Assembly (NCBI GenBank): GCA_005889405.1
Contig: VBFY01000061.1
Span: forward strand, 64,769 to 128,768
Source: Chloroflexota bacterium
GTDB taxonomy: Bacteria > Chloroflexota > Limnocylindria > P2-11E
Reading direction: 5' to 3'
DNA length: 64,000 nt
The translations under genes and the position numbers were made by a program. This document shows, piece after piece, positions 1 through 8,681 of this stretch. A model generated the notes under the pieces. The model ran no database searches. It worked only from the letters and a program-made list of their open reading frames with translations, and was not told where the DNA came from. The first letter of the stretch is position 1, and every line of letters starts with the position of its first letter.

Positions 1-1
1 C

Positions 2-937
2 ACCGTGACGGTCGTGGCCCTGCCCAGCGACGACATGAAGGGCCGCATCATCGGCCGTGAGGGGCGGAATATCCGCACCCTCGAGACGCTCACGGGCGTC
101 GATCTCGTCATCGACGACACGCCCGAAGCTGTCGTCGTGTCGGGCTTCGATCCGATCCGCCGCGAGGTGGCGAAGCGCGCTCTCGAGCGGCTCCTCGTCG
201 ACGGTCGCATCCACCCGGCGCGCATCGAGGAGATGGTCGCGAAGGCGAAGACCGAGATCGATCAGGTCATGAAGGAGGCTGCCGAATCCGCGATCTACGA
301 AGTCGGCCTCGCCGGCCTGCATCCCGACCTCGTGCGCCTGTTGGGCCGCCTGCATTTCCGCACCTCGTACGGGCAGAACGTGCTGCGGCATTCCGTCGAG
401 GTGGCGCACGTCGCCGGCATGCTCGCGTCCGAGACCGGGTACGACCCCCAGACGATGAAGCGGGCGGGTCTGCTGCATGACATCGGTAAAGCGATCGACC
501 ACGAGGTCGAGGGGCCGCACACGATCATCGGCGGCGAGCTCCTGAAGCGCTACGGATTCCCGCAGAACGTGATCGATGGGGTCGTCGGTCATCACGGCGA
601 CGTCGAGCCTGTGACGATGGTGGGCACGCTCATCTCCGCGGCCGACGCGATCAGCGCGGCACGCCCGGGCGCCCGCAGCGAGATCGTCTCGAACTACCTG
701 CAGCGTCTGCAGGAGCTCGAGAGCGTCGCGAACAGCTTCCAGGGCGTCGAGAAGTCGTTCGCGATCCAGGCGGGTCGCGAGATCCGCGTCATCGTGAAGC
801 CCGAGCAGATCGATGACCTCTCGACCGCGCGGCTCTCGCGCGACATCGCGCAAAAGATCCAGGAATCGCTCCAGTACCCGGGTCAGATCAAGGTGACGGT
901 CATACGCGAGACGCGCGCGGTCGAGTACGCCAAGTAA
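2..937 (+). CDS. rny: Ribonuclease Y, C-terminal ~310 aa (KH domain plus HD phosphohydrolase domain); 5' end lies outside the window
   Basis: ORF 5..937: KH motif [24 protein letters not shown] and HD motif [13 protein letters not shown]...LLHDIGK...GHHG. The ORF is open to the window edge. Confidence 0.9.
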   Translation, partial: TVTVVALPSDDMKGRIIGREGRNIRTLETLTGVDLVIDDTPEAVVVSGFDPIRREVAKRALERLLVDGRIHPARIEEMVAKAKTEIDQVMKEAAESAIYEVGLAGLHPDLVRLLGRLHFRTSYGQNVLRHSVEVAHVAGMLASETGYDPQTMKRAGLLHDIGKAIDHEVEGPHTIIGGELLKRYGFPQNVIDGVVGHHGDVEPVTMVGTLISAADAISAARPGARSEIVSNYLQRLQELESVANSFQGVEKSFAIQAGREIRVIVKPEQIDDLSTARLSRDIAQKIQESLQYPGQIKVTVIRETRAVEYAK

Positions 938-1373
938 GGACTAGGTCCTCGGATCGAGAGCGACAGCCTCGTGATGTCAGGGGACGCGGAGTGGACCGAC
1001 CACGTACGCGGACCACAACAGCGGTGTTTTCACACCCCTGCAGACGAGACCGTACGTTCCGCTGAGAAGCGTTTGATCGAATTGATGGCTCTGCATGTTG
1101 CTCGGCGATGTGCAACTCCAGCTCGCCGTAAGCATGGCCGTCGTTCATACGTTGGACGTTGAACACCGCAGCCCTGGACGTCTTGTTCACGAACGTCGCC
1201 ACGAAGTGCTCAGGGATTAAGGCGCCGAGCCCTTCGCCCACGCAGGCGTTGTCGGTGAGGGTAAGGGTGATCTGCGCTGGCGGAACCGACGGCTCGCGCG
1301 CACCGCATGCAGTCATAGCAGCGAACATAACGACAAGGCCCAGCGTCCAGCCGCGCGCCCGCTGCGTCCTCAT
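900..1373 (-). CDS. Possible small lipoprotein (lipobox-like AAMTAC) in a lower-GC spacer between rny and ymdB. The 3' half reads antisense through the rny end and looks non-protein-like, so the gene is probably frameshifted or spurious
   Basis: ATG at 1373..1371 gives [29 protein letters not shown]..., but there is no good SD and the tail is R-rich. Confidence 0.2.
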   Translation of the reverse strand: MRTQRARGWTLGLVVMFAAMTACGAREPSVPPAQITLTLTDNACVGEGLGALIPEHFVATFVNKTSRAAVFNVQRMNDGHAYGELELHIAEQHAEPSIRSNASQRNVRSRLQGCENTAVVVRVRGRSTPRPLTSRGCRSRSEDLVLTWRTRPRASRV

Positions 1374-1407
1374 CGCATGCGCAGGATAGTGTTCGCCGTC
1401 AAGAACG

Positions 1408-2184
1408 ATGAGGATCCTGTTCGTCGGTGACGTGGTGGGTCGGCCAGGACGCAACGCCGTCGCGGCGCTGCTGCCCAAGATCCGCGCCGAGCGAGGCATC
1501 GACTTCGCCATCGTCAACGGCGAGAACTCCGCGGGTGGCGCCGGTCTCACCGCGGACATCGCGCGCGAGCTCAACGCCAACGGCGCCGACGTCGTCACGA
1601 ACGGCAATCACGTGTGGGACCAGCGGCAGTTCCTCAACGACATCGAGCTTCTGCCGTTCGCGATACGCCCGATCAACCTCGCGCCGGGCAATCCGGGTCG
1701 CGGCTGGGTCGTCGTGCGCGACGTCCTCGTCGTGAACGCGATCGGCCGCACCTTCATGGCGCCCGCGGACGACCCCTTCCGCGCCGTCGATGCGCTGCTC
1801 GAACAGCTCGGACGCGACGCGCCTCGCGTCCGAGTTCTCGATTGGCACGCTGAGGCGACGAGCGAGAAGGTCGCGATGGGATGGCACCTCGACGGGCGCT
1901 TCTCCGCGGTCGTCGGCTCGCACACCCACGTTCCGACGGCCGACGCGCGCGTCTTCCCACAAGGTACGGCGCACGTGTCCGATACCGGCATGGTCGGTCC
2001 GCGCGATTCGGTCCTGGGCGTGGACAAGGACATCATCGTGGGCCGCTTCAGGGACGGTGTGCCGCGTCGGTTCGAGGTCGCTGGTGGCCCGGTGCAGTTC
2101 AACAGCGTCGTCATCGACGTCGACGAGTCGACAGGACGCGCGCGCACGATCGAACGGCTCGACAGATTGTTCGGGGAGGAGTGA
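1408..2184 (+). CDS. ymdB: YmdB-family metallophosphoesterase (2',3'-cyclic-nucleotide phosphodiesterase, TIGR00282-like)
   Basis: MRILFVGDVVGRPGR...VNGEN.AGG.G...GNHVWD...GSHTHVPTAD motifs; conserved position downstream of rny. Confidence 0.85.
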   Translation: MRILFVGDVVGRPGRNAVAALLPKIRAERGIDFAIVNGENSAGGAGLTADIARELNANGADVVTNGNHVWDQRQFLNDIELLPFAIRPINLAPGNPGRGWVVVRDVLVVNAIGRTFMAPADDPFRAVDALLEQLGRDAPRVRVLDWHAEATSEKVAMGWHLDGRFSAVVGSHTHVPTADARVFPQGTAHVSDTGMVGPRDSVLGVDKDIIVGRFRDGVPRRFEVAGGPVQFNSVVIDVDESTGRARTIERLDRLFGEE

Positions 2185-2185
2185 C

Positions 2186-2548
2186 GTGAAGGTCAAAGGC
2201 GTCGGCTGGCTCGGGAGTCCGACCGACCGTTTCGATGACATGGTGCATTTCGCCGTAGATGTGCTCGAGTTGAAGCCCCGGATCAACGAATCGGACTTCG
2301 CGGTCTTCGACCTCGCCGACGGCGATACCTACGAGATCTTCGGCCCGCGCGCGATCGCGGACGCGCACCAGTTCATGCGTTGCCCGACCGCCGGCTTTCT
2401 GGTCGACGACGTGGCAGCGGCGCGCCGCGAGATGGAGACGAAGGGCGTGCTCTTCATCGGGCCCGTGTATCGGTCGTCAGGCGGTTATTCGTGGTCGCAC
2501 TTCTTCGCGCCGGACGGCCACGTCTACGAGATCACCAGCCGCTCTTGA
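2186..2548 (+). CDS. VOC/glyoxalase-bleomycin-resistance fold protein (~120 aa)
   Basis: In-frame GTG 2 nt after the ymdB TGA. Sequence VKVKGVGWLGSPTDRFDDMVHFAVDVLEL...FLVDDVAAARREMETKGVLFIGP is typical of a VOC beta-alpha-beta module. Confidence 0.65.
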   Translation: MKVKGVGWLGSPTDRFDDMVHFAVDVLELKPRINESDFAVFDLADGDTYEIFGPRAIADAHQFMRCPTAGFLVDDVAAARREMETKGVLFIGPVYRSSGGYSWSHFFAPDGHVYEITSRS

Positions 2549-3378
2549 CCAGCGGCTACCCGATCGATCTGCATACGCACTCGATCGCATCCGACGGCGC
2601 GCTCACACCGACCGAGCTCATCGCGCGCGCCGCGGAACGCGGTGTACGCATCCAGGCACTCGCGGACCACGACACGTTGCTGGGCGTCGCCGAAGCGGTC
2701 GCGGAGGGCGAGCGCCGCGGCGTTCGGGTGATCCCCGCGACCGAGCTGAACACCGAATCGGAGTGGGGAGACGTCCACATCCTCGCGTATTTCGTCGATC
2801 CGAAGGACGATGCGCTCGAGGAACGGCTCCGCTGGCTGCGGGAGAACCGCGGACGGCGCATCGAGCTGATGGTGGAGAAGCTGAATGCGCTCGGATACGC
2901 GGTCTCGCTCGATCGCGTGCGCGAGATCGCGCAGGGCGGGTCTCTCGGCAGGCCGCATCTCGCGCAGGCGCTCTTCGAGTCGGGCCACGTGCCGACGTAC
3001 GACAGCGCGTTCGACACGCTGATCAGCAAGGACTCTCCCGCGTACGTCTCGCGGGTCGGACTCGCGCCGCTCGAAGCGGTCGCGCTGGCGCGCACGCACG
3101 GCGGCGTGCCGTCGCTCGCGCATCCCGGCACGGTCGTCGACGTCGAGCGGCTACTGCCTCAGCTCGTCCCGGCCGGCCTCGTCGGCATGGAGTGCTACTA
3201 CGCGTCACACACGCCGGCGTTCACGGCGCGGTGTCTACGCCTGTCCGTGCGCTACGGCCTCGTGCCCACCGGCGGCAGCGATTTCCATGGCCGCGGCGAG
3301 CACGGTGTGGATCTCGGTGGCGTTTTCGTACCGCCGGAATGCATCGCCGCGCTGGAGACCCACCAAGCGAGGAGGTGA
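2545..3378 (+). CDS. PHP-domain metal-dependent phosphoesterase (TrpH/YciV-like)
   Basis: DLHTHSIASDGALTPTELIARAAERGV...LADHDT, then GGVPSLAHPG and GGSDFHG motifs. The TTG start overlaps the TGA of the VOC gene (TTGA). Confidence 0.75.
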   Translation: MTSGYPIDLHTHSIASDGALTPTELIARAAERGVRIQALADHDTLLGVAEAVAEGERRGVRVIPATELNTESEWGDVHILAYFVDPKDDALEERLRWLRENRGRRIELMVEKLNALGYAVSLDRVREIAQGGSLGRPHLAQALFESGHVPTYDSAFDTLISKDSPAYVSRVGLAPLEAVALARTHGGVPSLAHPGTVVDVERLLPQLVPAGLVGMECYYASHTPAFTARCLRLSVRYGLVPTGGSDFHGRGEHGVDLGGVFVPPECIAALETHQARR

Positions 3379-3415
3379 GCGGTACCATTCCACCGGCTGT
3401 GGAAGGGGACAACTG

Positions 3416-4306
3416 ATGGCCGGCGCGCTGCGACCAGTCGTCCTCCTCATGCTCCTCGCATCGGTCCTCTTCGTGCTCGACGGCATCCTCGACGGCGTGT
3501 ATCCCGGCGGTCCCGCGTGGTTCACCGGCAAGTACAACAACCTCGCCGAGATCGCGTACGTCTTCGCGATCCTCAACACCGCGGTCGCGTATCTCGTCGC
3601 GCGTGGGAGCGAACGCAGCCTCATGGCGCGCATCGGGCTCTCCGCGTTCTTCCTGGTCGAGCGTCCCCTTACCGCGTTCGTCCTCGGTCCGAAGGAGCTC
3701 GCCGCCGTCGTCGTGCACCTCGCGACGGCCCTGGTGGAGCTCGTGATCCTGGTGTCCGCCGTGCGGGTCTGGCGCCTCGGGCATTCGGTCGGGGACGCCG
3801 AAATGGACAGCCTTTTCGGCCTTCAGAGCTCGTCTCCGATGCCCGTTCCGCCCAGTGACGTGGACGATCCGACCCCACGCGCGGTGTCGCCGGGTCTGCC
3901 GCAGAAGACGGCCTGGATGCTGGGCATCATCTCCATCCTGCTGGCGGCGGTTCTCGTCGCGGATGGCCTTGTTTCGGGCTTCGTTCCCGGCGGACGGGAC
4001 TGGGGTCTCTCCGGCGACGCGTCCGGCTGGCTCGTCTATCTCTTCGCGATCGTGGCGCTCACCGTCGCCGCTCGCGCGGTCCACGGCGGAATGCTCGCGC
4101 TGCGACTTCTTCTCGCGACCGCACTCCTCTTCGTGATCGAACGCGCCTTCAGTCCGTTCGCGCTTCGCGTCGTGGATCCGATCGCGCTGATGCTCCATGA
4201 GCTCGCGGCGTTCGTCGCCCTGGCTCTGGCGCTCGCGTGCGCGAGCGCGATCCGCGGTCGACGCGCGAACGCCGAAGGCAGCGTCGCATCCCTCGAAGCG
4301 GCCTGA
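3416..4306 (+). CDS. Polytopic membrane protein of unknown function with an internal tandem duplication; first gene of the MoxR module
   Basis: ATG 3416 preceded by GGAAGGGGA. Halves (~1-120 and ~150-296) align: LDGILDGVYPGGPAWF...ERPLTAFVL vs ADGLVSGFVPGGRDWG...ERAFSPFAL. It ends 7 nt before moxR. Confidence 0.6.
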   Translation: MAGALRPVVLLMLLASVLFVLDGILDGVYPGGPAWFTGKYNNLAEIAYVFAILNTAVAYLVARGSERSLMARIGLSAFFLVERPLTAFVLGPKELAAVVVHLATALVELVILVSAVRVWRLGHSVGDAEMDSLFGLQSSSPMPVPPSDVDDPTPRAVSPGLPQKTAWMLGIISILLAAVLVADGLVSGFVPGGRDWGLSGDASGWLVYLFAIVALTVAARAVHGGMLALRLLLATALLFVIERAFSPFALRVVDPIALMLHELAAFVALALALACASAIRGRRANAEGSVASLEAA

Positions 4307-4312
4307 TCGCAC

Positions 4313-5275
4313 GTGACGACGGTCAAGGAGGCCGCGACCCGCCTCGCCCTGCAGGTCGGCGGCGTCGTCATCGGGAAACGTGCGGCGACGGAGCAGCTTC
4401 TCGCCGCCCTTCTCGTCGAAGGGCACGTGCTCCTCGACGACGTGCCGGGAGTGGGGAAGACGACGCTCGCGCGCGCGGTCGCGCGGTCGTTCGCGCTCTC
4501 GTTCAGCCGGATCCAGTGCACGCCGGACCTTGTGCCTTCGGACATCACCGGCGTCTCGATCTTCGATCAACGGTCGCAGAAGTTCGAGTACCGACCAGGG
4601 CCGTTGATGGCGAACATCGTGCTCGTCGACGAGATCAACCGCGCCACGCCGCGTGCGCAGTCGAGCCTGCTCGAGGCGATGCAGGAGCGGCAGGTCACCG
4701 TCGACGAGGCGACGCACACCCTGCCCGAGCCGTTCTGCGTCATCGCGACGCAGAACCCGATCGAGCTCGAGGGAACGTTCCCGCTGCCTGAGGCCCAGCT
4801 CGACCGCTTCCTTCTGATGCTCCAGCTCGGCTACCCGAGCGCCGACGAGGAGGATGACATCCTTCGCGTCCACGGGGCCGGCACGGTCTCGACCGAAGAT
4901 CTCCGGCCGATCCTCGATGCCACGGCGCTCGCGTCGCTCCGCGAGGAGGTTCGCGCGGTGCGTGTCAGCGAAGCGGTCCGCCGCTACGTCGCCGATGTTG
5001 TGCGCGCGACGCGAACGGCCGAGGGCGTCGAGCTTGGCGCGAGTCCGCGCGCCGCGCTCGCCCTGTATCGCGCGGCGCAAGCGCACGCGGCGATCCGCGG
5101 TCGCGCGTACGTGCTACCCGACGACGTGAAGGCGCAGGCGACCGCCGTGCTCCGCCACCGGCTCTTCCTCATCGCCGACGCGCAGATGCGTGGACGCACC
5201 GGCGCGGCTGTCGTCGCCGATGTGCTCGCCCGCACGCCGGTGCCGGCCGAGGACGCGGCGCGCGCGGCCGGCTGA
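4313..5275 (+). CDS. moxR: MoxR-family AAA+ ATPase
   Basis: Walker A GVGKTTLARAVARS, Walker B VLVDEINRATPRAQSSLLEAMQERQVTV, sensor NPIELEGTFPLPEAQLDRF. Confidence 0.9.
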   Translation: MTTVKEAATRLALQVGGVVIGKRAATEQLLAALLVEGHVLLDDVPGVGKTTLARAVARSFALSFSRIQCTPDLVPSDITGVSIFDQRSQKFEYRPGPLMANIVLVDEINRATPRAQSSLLEAMQERQVTVDEATHTLPEPFCVIATQNPIELEGTFPLPEAQLDRFLLMLQLGYPSADEEDDILRVHGAGTVSTEDLRPILDATALASLREEVRAVRVSEAVRRYVADVVRATRTAEGVELGASPRAALALYRAAQAHAAIRGRAYVLPDDVKAQATAVLRHRLFLIADAQMRGRTGAAVVADVLARTPVPAEDAARAAG

Positions 5276-5276
5276 G

Positions 5277-6485
5277 ATGACCCGGTCCGGCCGCTTCGAG
5301 TGGCCGATCGTCATCGCGGTCGTTCTCGTCGCGGCCATCTCGCGATCGCCGGCGCTCATCGTGCTCGGCGCCGGTGGCCTCGTCGTATGGCTCATGGTGT
5401 GGCTGACCGGACGTCTCGCGCTCGTCGGGCTCGAGACGCACCTCCAGGTCGCACCGGATCGTCTCATCGCCGGCGAGCCGACCGTCGCGACCGTGACGGT
5501 CATCAACCGCAAGCCGTTACCGCTGCCGTGGCTCGACCTGCGGCTGTTCCTGCCGGAGGGTATCGAGACGCCCGAGCCAACGCCCGGCCTCGCGCGCGGG
5601 TGGGTCAACGCGGGCTTCGCGCCGCGCGGCCATGAGCGCCTCGTGCTGCGCTTCCCGCTCGTCGTGACGCAGCGCGGCGCCTACGCGGTCGGTCCGATCC
5701 GGCTGCGCGGCGGCGACTGGCTCGGGTTCACCGTGACGGAGCGGACGGACGAGGTCGCGGCGCAGGTCGTCGCCTACCCGGCGCCGCTGGCGGTGCGCGA
5801 CCGCCAGCTGCCTTCGCTGCGCCCGCTCGCCGAGCTCGCGGTGCGCCGGGGCCTCCTTCCCGATCCGCTGCGCTTCCGCGGCGTGCGTGAGCACCGGAGC
5901 GGCGATCCGCGCAAGGAGATCCATTGGAAAGCCTCGGCCCGGCTGCGCGACCTCCAGACCAAGCTCTACGAGCCCGCGACCAGCCTCGATGCGGTATTCC
6001 TCGTGAACGTCGCCTCGTACGAGCAGTACTGGATCCAGGCCGATCCCGAGGCGGTCGAGCTCGTCGTGTCCGCCGCGGCCGACATGGTGCGCATCGCCGC
6101 GAACGCCGGGCGCCAGGTCGGGCTCGTGACGAATGGCCTGGACAACCTCACGCACGAACGGCCACGGTCATCACTTGGGCGCGGTCCGCACTCGCTCACG
6201 CGCGCCCTCGAGATACTCGCGCGTCTCGGGCCCTATGCGACGAATTCGCCGGAGGCGGTGTTCCTCGCTGAGCGCGGCCGCCTCCCCTGGGGCGCGACGC
6301 TCGTCGTGGTCACCCCGAAGCTGACCGTCGGTCTCGCGGGCGCGATGCTCGCGCTCCGTCGCGCGCATCACCGCGTGCTCGGCGTGAGCGTCGCGCCCGC
6401 CGATGTCGCGATGGGCGCGCATCTGCGCGCGCGCGGGGTGGTGCTTGACGTGCTCCATCCCGCGGAGCTCCGCCGTGCGGGGTAG
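5277..6485 (+). CDS. DUF58-domain protein (MoxR-associated, VWA-like)
   Basis: ATG overlaps the moxR TGA (TGAGATG). DUF58 core signature EIHWKASARL...LYEP...VFLVNVAS. Confidence 0.85.
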   Translation: MTRSGRFEWPIVIAVVLVAAISRSPALIVLGAGGLVVWLMVWLTGRLALVGLETHLQVAPDRLIAGEPTVATVTVINRKPLPLPWLDLRLFLPEGIETPEPTPGLARGWVNAGFAPRGHERLVLRFPLVVTQRGAYAVGPIRLRGGDWLGFTVTERTDEVAAQVVAYPAPLAVRDRQLPSLRPLAELAVRRGLLPDPLRFRGVREHRSGDPRKEIHWKASARLRDLQTKLYEPATSLDAVFLVNVASYEQYWIQADPEAVELVVSAAADMVRIAANAGRQVGLVTNGLDNLTHERPRSSLGRGPHSLTRALEILARLGPYATNSPEAVFLAERGRLPWGATLVVVTPKLTVGLAGAMLALRRAHHRVLGVSVAPADVAMGAHLRARGVVLDVLHPAELRRAG

Positions 6486-7806
6486 CGCCGCGGTCGCCAT
6501 CCTCATCGGCGCGCGCTGCTTCGTCGAGGCGGTCGCCTTCACGATGATCGCGGCGCTGGCCCACGTCGGCACGACGGGCGTCGCGCCCCTGCCGATCGTG
6601 CCGTCGACGCTCGTTCTGTTCGGCGTCGGCATCCTTCTCGTGACGATCCAGCGCGAGGTGAGAAGCGAGCGACGGGGCACGACGATCCTCGTCGTCACGC
6701 TCGCTGCGGGTGTGGTGTGGGGTCTCGTTCTCCCAGCGCGCGATCCGGACGGGCTCGCGGTCCTCTCGCGGATGGTCGCGTTCGGGCTGATCGCCGAAGG
6801 ATTCCTGTGGCGCAATCTGTCGATCGCCCGCGGCGCGGTGCGCTGGGGCGATTCACGGAGCGCGCTGCTCTTTGCCGGCAGCTGCATCGGGCTCGCTGCG
6901 CTCGCGTCCGGACCGATCGATCACGGACCCCTTGCGGTCCTCGCGCTTCTGGTGGTCGCGCTGTCGGGGCTCGCCCTGTCGCTCGCGCGCACGACCGAGG
7001 AGCTCGCGCTCGCCCGCGGCACGCGCGGGGTCGCGCGCGCGTCGTCGGCGACCGGTGTGAGCTTCGTGATCGGCATCGTCGCGATCCTCGCCGCCGCGTT
7101 CGTGCCCGTCGTCCAGGACCTGCTCTCCGCCTTCGGGACGGCGATCGAACCGACCTTCACGCGGATCGTGTACCTCATCCTTTTGCCCCTTGGGTACATC
7201 GCCGCGTTCATCGTCGAGTTCCTCGCGCCGATCCTCGCGCGGTTCTGGCGTCGTGAGCCGGTGCTGCTTCAGCCGCGCACTCCCGCCGACGACGAAAAGC
7301 TGCTGCGCCAGATCGAGCAGACCCGGCCGATCGTGTTCGGCGCGGTCGAGATGTTCATCGTGCTCGGCGCTGCGCTCGTTGCGTTGTTCCTGTTCGATCG
7401 CATGCTGCGCGAGCGGAGGCTCGAGCTGCCCGAGGGCGTGACCTTGGAGCGTGGCGCCGCCGAGGGATTCGGTCTCGGCGACATGCTCCGTCGCCTGCGA
7501 CGTCAGCGCGGCGTGTCGCGCCGCGCGCCACGCGACGACGGGAGTCCCAGCGGCGCGCTGCGCCTTCTGTACTGGCGGTTCCTCACGCTCGCCGAGCGCG
7601 CTGGCGCGGGCTGGCGGCAGCCGCAGGAGACGCCGGCCGAGCATCTGGCGCGCATCCGGCGTGAGGACGCGCGTTGGTCGGCGGGAGATCCCCTCGTGCA
7701 CGCCTTCGAGGAACTGCGCTATGGCGAGGCCGCGCCCGATGCCGCGACGCTCGACCACGCGCGCGTCGCCCTGCACGCGCTGGAGGACGCCCGACGCGCG
7801 TCATAG
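6475..7806 (+). CDS. Polytopic membrane protein with C-terminal DUF4129 domain (third MoxR partner)
   Basis: ~8 hydrophobic helices, then LLYWRFLTLAERAGAGWRQPQETPAEHLARI...FEELRYGEAAP. GTG 6475 overlaps the DUF58 end; ATG 6403 is the alternative start. Confidence 0.7.
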   Translation: MRGSAAVAILIGARCFVEAVAFTMIAALAHVGTTGVAPLPIVPSTLVLFGVGILLVTIQREVRSERRGTTILVVTLAAGVVWGLVLPARDPDGLAVLSRMVAFGLIAEGFLWRNLSIARGAVRWGDSRSALLFAGSCIGLAALASGPIDHGPLAVLALLVVALSGLALSLARTTEELALARGTRGVARASSATGVSFVIGIVAILAAAFVPVVQDLLSAFGTAIEPTFTRIVYLILLPLGYIAAFIVEFLAPILARFWRREPVLLQPRTPADDEKLLRQIEQTRPIVFGAVEMFIVLGAALVALFLFDRMLRERRLELPEGVTLERGAAEGFGLGDMLRRLRRQRGVSRRAPRDDGSPSGALRLLYWRFLTLAERAGAGWRQPQETPAEHLARIRREDARWSAGDPLVHAFEELRYGEAAPDAATLDHARVALHALEDARRAS

Positions 7807-8681
7807 CCATCGTCGGTCCGACGGCCTCCGGGAAGAGCGCGCTCGCGCTGCGTGTCGCGGAGGCCCTCGGCGGCGAGATCGTGTCCGCCGACTCGCGGCA
7901 GGTATATCGCGGGATGGACATCGGCACCGCGAAGCCGACGTCTGATGAGCGCGCACGCGTCCCGCACCACCTCATCGACGTGGCCGATCCCATTGAGCGA
8001 TACGACGTGTTCCGTTATCAGCGCGATGCGCGCGCCGCGCTCGACGCGATCGCGGCGCGTGGCCGCGCGGCGGTGGTCGTCGGCGGTACGGGGCTGTACG
8101 TGCGTGCTCTGCTCGACGGGCTCGACCTCGCGTCGGTCCCCACCGACCCGGTGCTGCGCGCGCGGATCGAGGCCGACGCGCAGCGTGACGGCGCCGACGC
8201 GCTCCACCGACGCTTGCGCGAGCTCGATCCCGAGGCCGCCACGCGCGTCGATCCGCGCAACGTCCGCCGCGTGGTCCGTTACGTCGAGGCGGCGCTGCTC
8301 ACGGGCGGCCTCACCGCGAGCTGGCGGCGGGACGGTGCGATCGCATCGCGAAGGGTCGGGCTCGCACCGCCGCGCGAGATCCTCATCGGCGCGATCGAGG
8401 CACGGGTGCGGCGGATGCTCGATGCCGGCGTTCTCGACGAAACGCGAGCTCTGCTGGCTCGAGGCGTCGATGCGTCGCTGCCCAGTCTCAGTGGGCACGG
8501 CTACGTGCATTGGGCGCGGCACCTCAGTGGCGCACTCGCGCTCGAAGACGCCACCCGGCTCACGGTCCGCGACACGCGCCGCTACTCCCGTCGGCAGATG
8601 ACCTGGTTCCGGCGCGACCGCGCGACGGTCTGGATCGATCCCACCGTGGAGGATCCACTGCCTGCGACACTGTCAGAGTGA
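7674..8681 (+). CDS. miaA: tRNA dimethylallyltransferase MiaA; start uncertain
   Basis: P-loop IAIVGPTASGKSALAL, SADSRQVYRGMDIGTAKP. The only canonical in-frame start is ATG 7674, 42 codons before the conserved core and overlapping the previous gene; the core begins ~7800. Confidence 0.85.
   Translation: MVGGRSPRARLRGTALWRGRARCRDARPRARRPARAGGRPTRVIAIVGPTASGKSALALRVAEALGGEIVSADSRQVYRGMDIGTAKPTSDERARVPHHLIDVADPIERYDVFRYQRDARAALDAIAARGRAAVVVGGTGLYVRALLDGLDLASVPTDPVLRARIEADAQRDGADALHRRLRELDPEAATRVDPRNVRRVVRYVEAALLTGGLTASWRRDGAIASRRVGLAPPREILIGAIEARVRRMLDAGVLDETRALLARGVDASLPSLSGHGYVHWARHLSGALALEDATRLTVRDTRRYSRRQMTWFRRDRATVWIDPTVEDPLPATLSE

Noticed and set aside
3221-5086. 621-aa minus-strand ORF antisense to the membrane protein and moxR
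   Set aside because: R/E/D-rich junk composition with no motifs; it overlaps strongly supported plus-strand genes.
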